DNA from: an uncultured Acidobacteriota bacterium
GTDB lineage: Bacteria > Acidobacteriota > Vicinamibacteria > Vicinamibacterales > 2-12-FULL-66-21
Length of the DNA stretch: 64,000 nucleotides
Reading direction: 5' to 3'
Assembly: GCA_963820645.1 (NCBI GenBank)
Contig: CAWGAS010000026.1
Span: forward strand, 2,320 to 66,319
Below the pieces are notes generated by a model that saw only the letters and a list, made by a program, of their open reading frames with translations, was not told the origin of the DNA and ran no database searches. Of the stretch, positions 1-8,230 are shown piece after piece. Each line of letters starts with the position of its first letter. The first letter of the stretch is position 1. The position numbers and the translations under genes are program-made.

Positions 1-1474
1 GTCGCTGTCGAAGACCGGATAGCGCGCATCGCTCAGGCCGTCGGTCAGCTGCCGGCTCTTGCCCTCCGCGATCGAGTGCAGAAAGATCGCGCTCATGTAG
101 TTCGGGAGCCGCTTGGAATAAGCAATCCACCTGCTGTCGGGCGACCAGACAGGGACGCGCTGCGGGGGCGGGAACAGATACCGATCCTTGTCTACCTTCA
201 CGGGCTTGCGCTCGTCGATGTCCACGTACCAGGTGTTGAGATGCGCGTCCAGAAACGCGATCTTCTTGCTGTCGGGCGACCACCGCGGCATCAGATAGAA
301 GGTCGGCTTCGGCTCGAGGCGTATCTTCCGCGGCTCGTTTCTCCCCAGTGAATCGCGGACGTGCAGTTCGTACTCGCCGCTCGCGTCCGAGAAGTACGCG
401 ATCCACTGCCCGTCCGGCGACCACGCCGGGTCGCGCTCCATCACGCCGGGCGTCGAGGTCAAGTTGCGCGGATCGCCTTTTTCGGCAGGCACGGTCAGGA
501 TCTCTCCGCGAGCCTCGAACAACGCCCGCACGCCGGTCGGCGAGATGTGCGCGTTGGTCAGGCGCTTCCCGACGTTGACGTACTTCGGCCGCATTTCGAC
601 GATGTCCCCGGCGATCGAGATCTTCAGGGAGCGTCAGCCGGCCGGACGCCAGGTCGTACAGCTGGATCTGCCCGAACTGTTCGAGGACGATCGCGCCAGG
701 GCCGGCGGATGCAGACTTGAAATCCATGCCGGCGTTCGAGACGGCCTGCGCCACCTTCTTTGTCTTGATGTCGTATGAGTAGAGCGTGACCGGCTCGGTC
801 CGGTCGCTGAGAAAATAGATCCTGTCATCGACCCACATCGGGCAATAGTCGTTCGATGCGTCGCGCGGGATCTTCTCGACGTGGCTGTTGGACAACGAGG
901 CGATCCAGATCGGCGTCGCCCGGCCGCCGCGATAGCGCTTCCACGCCGTGAACGCGCGCGACAGCGGCACATACGCGAGGCGGTCGCCCGATGGAGAAAA
1001 GGCGGCTTCGAACCCCATCGGAAGCGGAAGCTTCTCCTCCAGCCCTCCATCGAGGCCGACGAGATAGAGCTCCCGGAAGCGGGAGTAGCTCGTTCGCGTG
1101 GACGAGAACAGCACCCGCTTACCGTCGCGGGTCCAGCCAAGCGCGGTGTCGGGATCGGGATGCCAGGTCAAACGCTTTGGCACGCCACCCTGTGCGGGGA
1201 CCACGAACACATCGACGTTCCCGTCGTACTGGCCGGTAAACGCGATCCAGTTCCCGTCGGGCGAGAACGACGGATTCGACTCCACGCCCGACCCCGTCGT
1301 CAGACGCCGGGCATCGCCGCCCGATCGAGGGACGATCCACAGATCGCCTGCGAAGACGAAGACGACCTCCTTCGCGCTGAGCGCCGGCTGCTGCGCAAGA
1401 ACCGGCGTCTGGGCCGGGGCGGGCGTCGAAGAGAACAGGACGACAGCGGCGGCCAGACCGGTGAGATGCCTCAT
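1..1474 (-). CDS. Tricorn-like S41 protease, N-terminal beta-propeller part (runs off left edge)
   Basis: Manual translation from ATG 1474 (GGAGG RBS upstream): MRHLTGLAAAVVLFSSTPAPAQTP..FVFAGDLWIV..PSFSPDGNWIAFTGQYDGNVDVFVV..KRLTWHP; signal peptide plus PD40-type repeats. Not in the ORF track because it has no stop in the window. Confidence 0.85.
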   Translation of the reverse strand, partial: MRHLTGLAAAVVLFSSTPAPAQTPVLAQQPALSAKEVVFVFAGDLWIVPRSGGDARRLTTGSGVESNPSFSPDGNWIAFTGQYDGNVDVFVVPAQGGVPKRLTWHPDPDTALGWTRDGKRVLFSSTRTSYSRFRELYLVGLDGGLEEKLPLPMGFEAAFSPSGDRLAYVPLSRAFTAWKRYRGGRATPIWIASLSNSHVEKIPRDASNDYCPMWVDDRIYFLSDRTEPVTLYSYDIKTKKVAQAVSNAGMDFKSASAGPGAIVLEQFGQIQLYDLASGRLTLPEDLDRRGHRRNAAEVRQRREAPDQRAHLADRRAGVVRGSRRDPDRACRKRRSAQLDLDARRDGARPGVVAGRAVDRVLLGRERRVRTARPRFTGEKRAAEDTPRAEADLLSDAAVVARQQEDRVSGRASQHLVRGHRRAQAREGRQGSVSVPAPAARPCLVARQQVDCLFQAAPELHERDLSALDRGGQEPAADRRPERCALSGLRQR

Positions 1475-1631
1475 ATGTGCCTCCGTATGGGCTGATACTA
1501 ACGCTTTCTCGCGGCTCGCGGGTCGCGGTTTGCTGGCTCGGGAGCTCATTGACCCGGGAACCAATGCCGGAAGGCACGGAAGCCGCTCCTGACGGCGTGG
1601 CGGGGTATAGTTCTCCACACAGGAGATCATC

Positions 1632-2126
1632 ATGACCATCGCAGAGCTCGTTCAGGAGTTCGAGGCGGAAGCCAAGACGACGCGCCGCGTGCTCGAGCGT
1701 GTCCCGTCCGACAAGCTGACGTGGACACCGCATACGAAATCGATGACGCTCGGCAGGCTTGCCATGCACCTGGCGTCGGCGCCGGCGACGATTTCGGGCT
1801 GGCCGATCGCCGACCAGTTCGAGTTCAAAGGCGATTCGACGCCGCTGCCCACGTCCACCGACCAGATCGTGGCGGCCCACGACCACGGCGTCGAACAGGT
1901 GAAGGCGAACCTCGAGAAGATCGGCGACTCGGGCCTCGGCGTTTCGTGGACGGCGACGGCGGGCGGCAAGACGCTGATGACGATGCCGAAGGCGGGCCTG
2001 CTGCGCGCGCTGCTGATGAATCACACCTACCATCATCGCGGCCAGCTGTCGGTGTATCTTCGACTGCTCGACGTGCCGGTGCCGCCGATTTACGGTCCGA
2101 GCGCCGACGAGAATCCGTTCACGTAA
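1632..2126 (+). CDS. DinB family protein
   Basis: AGGAG RBS; motifs WTPHTKSMTLGRLAMHL and NHTYHHRGQLSVYLRLL. Confidence 0.9.
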   Translation: MTIAELVQEFEAEAKTTRRVLERVPSDKLTWTPHTKSMTLGRLAMHLASAPATISGWPIADQFEFKGDSTPLPTSTDQIVAAHDHGVEQVKANLEKIGDSGLGVSWTATAGGKTLMTMPKAGLLRALLMNHTYHHRGQLSVYLRLLDVPVPPIYGPSADENPFT

Positions 2127-2158
2127 CGGACCGGACGCGGTCGATCCTCGAACCCGGG

Positions 2159-4413
2159 ATGACAGAGCGACAAAGCTGGTGGGCGGCGGCTGCGCTCTTT
2201 GTCGGCCTGACGCTCGTGCTCACCTACCCGCTGTCGGTGACAGCCCATCGGGCGCTGCCATCCGACAGTCCTGACGACCACCTCTTCATGTGGACGATCG
2301 CGTGGGACACCCACGCCTTCGTGCACCAGCCGCTGTCGCTCTTCGACGCCAACATTTTTTATCCGAACCGCCGCTCGCTGGCGTACTCCGAGAACCTGAT
2401 CGGCAGCGCCGTCTTCGCCGCGCCGGTGCTGTGGCTCACCGGAAACCCGGTGCTCGCCGTCAACGTCATCTCGCTCCTGTCGTGCGTGTTGTGCGGACTC
2501 GGGGCGTACGGGCTCGGACGGCGCGTGGGATTGACCCCGGCCGCGGCCCTGCTGACCGGCATCGTCTTCGCCTTCTCGCCGCCGCGGTTCTTTCGCTTCA
2601 GCCAGCTTCATCTCGCGCCGGTGCAATGGATTCCGTTCGCCCTGGCGTCGCTTCACGCGTATCTGGAGGGTGGCCGGGCGCGCGATCTGCGCCTGGCAAT
2701 CGCTTTTTTCACGCTCCAGACGCTGGCGAGCGGACACGGCGGGGTCTTCGCGGGAGTCGCCATCCTCCTCATGCTCGCGTACCGGCTCGCCCTCGGCGAA
2801 CCGGTTCTTTTCGGGAAGCGCCTGCGCGATTTCGGTCTCGCGGGCGCGCTGCTGCTGGTGCCGGTCATCCTGGTCGCGATTCCGTATCGTGTGAATCAGG
2901 TCGAGGTGGGACTCCGGCGTGTGCTCGCCACCGCAGGGACGCCGCTCACGAATTTTCTCGCCTCGCCGACACCCGTGGACAGGTTCCTGCGATCGCTCAT
3001 CACGAGCCAGGCCCCTGACGGAGAAGTGACAGCCTATTTGTTCCCAGGGCTTCTCCCCATTCTTCTCGCCCTGGTCGCGATCGCCGGAAGCGCCGCGGCA
3101 TTGGCGACTCGCATCAAGCACATGGCGCCGGCGGATGCCGCGGTGCGAGGACATGGCTCTCGACGGCGGGTCGATACAAGAGTCCGCTTCGTGTATTCCT
3201 CATCGCCGGGCTCTCGTGGGCCTTGCTCGGTCTCATTCCCTCGATCGTGCGCCCCGGCGCCAGGCTGACAGCGCAGGCTTACGGCAACGATAGAGTCGCG
3301 TGGACCGGGTACCTGAATATTGCGCAGACGGGCCGCTACACCTTCCGTGTTCCATCAGATGGGGAGTGGCGGCTGACGATCGGAGACGAGGTGATCTTCG
3401 ACCGCCCAGCCGGGCAGGTGGAAGCCCCGGGTAGGGGAACCGTGGCGTTGATCGCGGGGTCTCACCGCATCTTCCTGGAGCGCCGCCACCGCGTCGGATC
3501 GCCGGTCTTCAGGCTGCTCTGGGCACGGGAAGGCGACGATGAGAGTTTTCAACCGGTGCCTTCCAGCGCGCTGTCGCGGGGGCCGGTCAGCGACTCGGCG
3601 CTCGTGCTCCTCCGCGCGCTCGCCTGGCTTCGCGTCACCTCCGCGATCGTCGCCGCGTCGGCCGCACTGTGGTGCGCAGGCGCCTGGCTTGCCCGGCGGC
3701 GCACGGCCTGGACCGCGTGGGGCGCCCGGTACCGTCGCAGCCCGACAGCGTTCTACTTGCTGCTGACCGCCGTCTCAGCAGGCCTCGCGCTCGGGGGACG
3801 GTCAGGGCTCTGGCAATTCGTTTACTGGCTCCCCGGATTCAATTTCATTCGCGAGCCGTCCCGTTTCACGGTGCTGAGTGTTCTCGGAATCGCCGTTCTG
3901 GCTGGCGTGGGATTCGACTGGCTGACCGCCTGGCTGTCGCGCTCGCGCCGTCGCCTCGCTGCCGTCGTGGCCGGCGGGCTGTTGGTGGCGGAGTTTTCCA
4001 CGATCCCGTTCACGGCGACTCCGTACCGGCTCGAGATCCCCGCCGCCGATCGGTGGGTGGCCGGCCGGCCGAAGCCTTTCTCAATTGCAGAGGTCCCGGC
4101 GCCGGGGCCCGAGCGTTACCATTCGAACTACATGCTGCATTCCATGGCGCACTGGCAGAAGACGGTGCACGGATTCAGCGGGATCCGGCCTGCTCTTCAT
4201 GACGAGCTGTACCGGCAACTCGAGAGCTTTCCGAGCGAGGAAAGCGTGCGGCATCTTGCGCAACTCGGCGTGACCTACGTCATCGTCCACAGCAGCTGGT
4301 TCCCGCCTGAGGAACGCGGCTCGATCGAAGAACGTCTGCCCAGGTTCGGTTCGTCATTGACGCTGGAATACATGGACGCGGATTCCCGGGTCTACTCCGT
4401 TCATCGCCGGTGA
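2159..4413 (+). CDS. Multi-pass GT-C/YfhO-like membrane glycosyltransferase with internal PA14-like domain (frameshift near 3200)
   Basis: W..AWD.H...LFDANIFYP...LAYSE motif; hydrophobic helices; PA14-like WTGYLNIAQTGRYTFRVPSDG; C-terminal RxPSRF and GVTYVIVH; joined from ORFs 1721-3268 and 3223-4413. Confidence 0.7.
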
Positions 4414-4449
4414 CCCCGGTGCGGGAACGTTGTAAGCTACGCTCGCAGC

Positions 4450-5391
4450 ATGAAGAATTATCACGATATCGTCGGCGACGGAGGGTCCGGAGTCCTCGAG
4501 CAGGTTGCCGAGCAGCGCGCCCGCATTACCGACGGCCTCGCCGGGGTGCGCCATCTCGTGGCCGTCGGCTCCGGCAAGGGCGGTGTCGGCAAGAGCACCT
4601 TGACGCTGCACCTCGCCGGCGCTCTGCGCGCCCGGGGGCTTCGGATTGCGATCCTGGACGCGGACTTCAACGGGCCCTCACAGGCGCGCATGGCGGGCAT
4701 CCAGGGGTCGCTGTTCGTTCCCCCGCCTTCGCCCAAGGGCTTCGGCCCTTCGACAAGCTCAGGGCCGTCCCGAGCAACGTCGAGGGACGGCGCGGCAAGC
4801 GGCAGCGACAAAGTCGCGCTTCCCCGGACCAGCAACGGGATCGGCGTCTTCTCGATGGGCTCGATGATCCCGGAGTCGGAGTCGCTCGAGTTCGAGAGCG
4901 CGGCGCAGGGCGAGTCCCACACGTGGCGCGCCACGAGGGAGTTCGCTCTCCTCAGCGAGATCCTGGGGGCCTTCGAGTGGGGAACGCTCGATCTGCTGAT
5001 GTTCGATCTGCCGCCGGGCGCCGAGCGGACTGTCCAGTACGCCGATTTTCTCGGACCACGGACCTCGTTCCTGCTCGTGACGATCCCTTCCGAGGTGGCC
5101 CGGGGCGTGGTCGCGCGCTCGGTGGCCGCTCTGTCGAGGGGCCCGAATCGCCTCCTCGGGTACGTCGAGAACATGAGCGGCTACTACTGCCGCGACTGCA
5201 ACGCCATCAAGCCTCTGTTCGATTCACCCGTCCGCTCTGGCATCGAAGTCCCCTGTCTCGGGACCGTTCCCTTCGATCCCGAGCTGGCACGGCACTGCGA
5301 TCGGGGTCTTCCTCTCGAAGACCTGCCCGGAACCCCCGTCGGCAGAGCCCTCGACCAGGTGGCGCAACAGCTTCTGGAGACGCTTCAATGA
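4450..5391 (+). CDS. Mrp/NBP35 (ApbC-like) Fe-S carrier ATPase
   Basis: Deviant Walker A GSGKGGVGKST, DADFNGPS, DLPPG, ENMSGYYCRDC (CxxC). Confidence 0.9.
   Translation: MKNYHDIVGDGGSGVLEQVAEQRARITDGLAGVRHLVAVGSGKGGVGKSTLTLHLAGALRARGLRIAILDADFNGPSQARMAGIQGSLFVPPPSPKGFGPSTSSGPSRATSRDGAASGSDKVALPRTSNGIGVFSMGSMIPESESLEFESAAQGESHTWRATREFALLSEILGAFEWGTLDLLMFDLPPGAERTVQYADFLGPRTSFLLVTIPSEVARGVVARSVAALSRGPNRLLGYVENMSGYYCRDCNAIKPLFDSPVRSGIEVPCLGTVPFDPELARHCDRGLPLEDLPGTPVGRALDQVAQQLLETLQ
4723..4800. repeat. Nested REP-like palindromic elements inserted in frame in the Mrp gene
   Basis: ccgccttcgcccaagggcttcggc[ccttcgacaagctcagggccgtcccgagcaacgtcgagggac]ggcgcggcaagc, 78 bp = 26 codons. Confidence 0.7.
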
Positions 5392-5812
5392 AGTTCCTGT
5401 GTGTCCCCTGCGACAGCCCGATGAAGCTGCAGACCGTCGGCCCGCCCGAGCGCGGATCGCTGTCCATCGTGTACTCGTGCCCTGAGTGCGGCTACGAGAT
5501 GGCGATGCTGACCAACGCGTACGAAACACAGGTCGTTCAGTCACTCGGCGTGCGGATTGGGCCCGAAGCGGCGGTTGGAACATCCGGAGGCAAGTGTCCG
5601 TTCTCGGCGATGATTCCAGGGAACGGGGAAGCGCGGCCGGATGATCCGGTCCCCGTCCGGTGGACGGCCGCCGCCGAAGCCAGGCTCGCCAACATTCCCG
5701 ATTTCGTCCGTCCCATGGCGCGGACCGGCATCGAGAAATTCGCGCGCGAGAGAGGGACCCTCGAAGTGGACGAGAGATCCTCGACGCGGCCCGTGACTTC
5801 TTCGGCATGTGA
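5388..5812 (+). CDS. Small protein: N-terminal double-CxxC zinc ribbon plus C-terminal PCP_red domain (1-bp frameshift near 5775)
   Basis: ATGA overlap with Mrp stop; MKFLCVPC..YSCPECGY..GKCPF..WTAAAEARLANIPDFVRPMARTGIEKFARERG..ILDAARDFFGM*. Confidence 0.8.
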
Positions 5813-5838
5813 GGCTGTGTTGACCGCAAACCGTCTTG

Positions 5839-5912
5839 AACAGGAGATCAGGAGATCAGGAGTTATTTTGGTTTTGAGAAAGAAATCTCCTGACCTCCTG
5901 AACTCCCTGTAA
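5839..5912. repeat. Octamer-based inverted repeat (CAGGAGAT)n...(CTCCTGA)n; related copy at 58571-58638
   Basis: aacaggagatcaggagatcaggagtt ... atctcctgacctcctgaactccctgt. Confidence 0.75.
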
Positions 5913-5946
5913 AGCTGACTGTCACAGGCGCCGCTAATCAGACACC

Positions 5947-7455
5947 ATGCCGCATCCGGACACGATCCCGCCTGCCCTGAGCCGAGTCGAAGGGTTCGCC
6001 CGGCCCTACGTCGTCTCCTGGAACCTCACCTACCGCTGCAACCTCGCCTGCGAGCACTGCTATCTCGACGCCGGCGGCGCGCCTCAGGTCGGCACCGAGA
6101 ACTTCGCGGACCGGAGCGAGCTCGGCACCGACGAGTGCTTCAGGGTCATCGACGAAATCGCCGCCTTCGCGCCTGAATGCCTGACGATCCTGACGGGCGG
6201 CGAGCCGCTGCTCCGCCGCGACATCCTGGAGATCGTCAGGCGCGCGTCGGAGCGTGGGCTTTGGGTCGTCGTCGGCACCAACGGCGTGAGCATCACGGAG
6301 AACCTGGCCGGGCGGCTCGCGGAAGCCGGCGCGCGGGGGCTCTCGCTCTCCCTCGATGCTCTCGATGCCGATCGTCACGACCGTTTCAGGAATGTTCGCG
6401 GCGCGTGGCGGAACACGGTGGAGGGAGCGGAGATCCTGAACCGGACCGGGCTCCCCTTCATCGTGCAGACGACCGCGGGCTCGCACAATCTCGGCGAGCT
6501 CGACGCGATCGCCGACTTCGCGCACGATCGCCTCGCCGCCAAGGTCTGGAACCTCTACTTCCTGGTGCCGACGGGGCGCGGGCAGTACGTGTCGGACATC
6601 ACCCCCGCGCAGTACGACGATGTTCTCGCCTCGCTCTACCGGATCCAGAGGAAGTACGACCGCCGGATGCTCGTGAACGCGAAGTGCGCTCCGCACTACA
6701 TCAAGACCGTTCTGGAGAATGCCGCCCAGCACGGCTCAGGGCAGGCCCTTCGACCGGGCTCAGGACCGGCGGCGCGCAGGGCGATCCGATCCCCGCGGAT
6801 CCCCACCTTCGCCAAGGCTACGGTGGGCAAGCCGAATCGGCGAGCGCCTTCTCCCGGATCAGGACCTACTCCGGAGGGGCCGGCGGGTGCCCGGCCGGGA
6901 CGCATTACATGGGGATACGGCCGAACGGAGATGTCACCCCGTGCCCCGTACCTCCCGGTCTTCGCGGGAACTCTTCGCAGCTCGAGTCTGGCGGACCTGT
7001 GGACGTCCTCGGGTCTGTTCGCCGACATCCGCCGCCGCACCTCGCTCGGGGGGCGATGCGGGGAGTGCGAGATGAACGGACACTGTGGGGGCTGCCGCGC
7101 GCGGGCCTACGGGATGACCGGCGATCTGATGGCCGAAGACCCGCTCTGCACCCACACCCCCGGCACGTTCGCCGGGTCCCCGCTTCGCGCGTCGCGGCGC
7201 GGCGGGGCCACGCCCGCCTTGCCCCTGCGGCGCTCGGCGAGACGCGCGCGATCGAGTACGGTCCCGAATCACCGACGACCGTCGCATGGGACGATGCGGC
7301 GGCCGAACGTATGAAGAAGATCCCGGCGTTCGTCCGGGGCATGGTCGTCAGCGGCCGTCGAGGAGTCCTGCCGCAGGAACGGCCTCGACCGCGTGACGGC
7401 GGAAGAGCTGGAGAAGATCCGCGCGCGGATGCCGACGCCGAAGATGTTCGGGTAG
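5947..7455 (+). CDS. Radical SAM/SPASM enzyme (AhbD/NirJ-like) with C-terminal PCP_red domain (several frameshifts)
   Basis: WNLTYRCNLACEHC; TGGEPLLR; KCAPHY; SPASM cysteines CPAGTHYMGIRPNGDVTPCP and CGECEMNGHCGGCRARAY..DPLC; tail WDDAAAERMKKIPAFVRGMV..ELEKIRARMPTPKMFG*. Confidence 0.85.
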
Positions 7456-7462
7456 CTGCGGC
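7401..7462 (+). repeat. 62-bp direct repeat, copy 1 (3' end of the radical SAM gene)
   Basis: ggaagagctggagaagatccgcgcgcggatgccgacgccgaagatgttcgggtagctgcggc; one mismatch to 11351-11412. Confidence 0.95.
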
Positions 7463-8060
7463 GAGCGGAACGGACCGGGCCGGAGGAGCCCCCGCGAGTG
7501 GAACCGAATTGATGTTGACGAGACGCGGACGACGGAACCACAGACCCAGCTGGACGTGACCTCAAACAGCAGACCGACTTGCCTACGGTCTTCATCGACA
7601 GGGCCGTGCGTCAGGCCGCGAGGAAGAGGCTGCGGAAGTTCAAGGGCCGCGCCAAGCCGAGCTGATCGGGGTGGCGGCAGGTGAATCAGGTGATCACCAG
7701 GTCGATGTGCGCGAGCGTCTCTCGATCGATCGCGGGCCATGGTGCCGGGAGGGCGGCACCGCTAACGAGAGCCCCGGCGCATTTGTCGTGCAGCAGGATC
7801 GAAGGGAGGGCTCGAGGCCGAGGCGCAACTGGGGTAGACCCGATTGGCAACCGCAGTTGCCTCAGCTTGCACATGCGCGTGGCTGTCTGCGCGATTCCCC
7901 ACTAACACACCGCCGCCGATGTGTGCTGTGGGCTCTTCGTGGGCTCGGCCGACGGCACGACGTACGCTGCGCGTCCAGGCGTACCCGCCGGGTGCAGGAG
8001 TCGGTCCACATGTCTCATGGGTCCGCAGCGATGCTACCGGACGACGCATAACGCCCGGGG

Positions 8061-8160
8061 GTTGCTCTCGTTCCGCCCCAGACATCGGGGTCGCTCCCGA
8101 AGCTCGTCGACCGCGTCCGCGCCGCGGTGCGCACGCGGCACTACAGCCGCCGAACCGATA
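8061..8160 (+). pseudogene. Integron-integrase (IntI-like) N-terminal fragment
   Basis: Frame from 8097 reads PKLVDRVRAAVRTRHYSRRT, resembling the IntI N-terminal consensus (P.LLD.VR...R..HYS.RTE..Y); similarity then stops, and there is an in-frame stop upstream at 8049-8051. Confidence 0.7.
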
Positions 8161-8230
8161 GATGCCGGGGGCACGGCCGGAGAAACGGCCAACTCGATTG
8201 CCGTGTAGGATGGCTCCTCTGAGGGTTCCC

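Noticed and set aside
7500-7665. Possible antitoxin (VapB-like) remnant ending IDRAVRQAARKRLRKFKGRAKPS*
   Set aside because: No start, no partner toxin and too short to support by eye.
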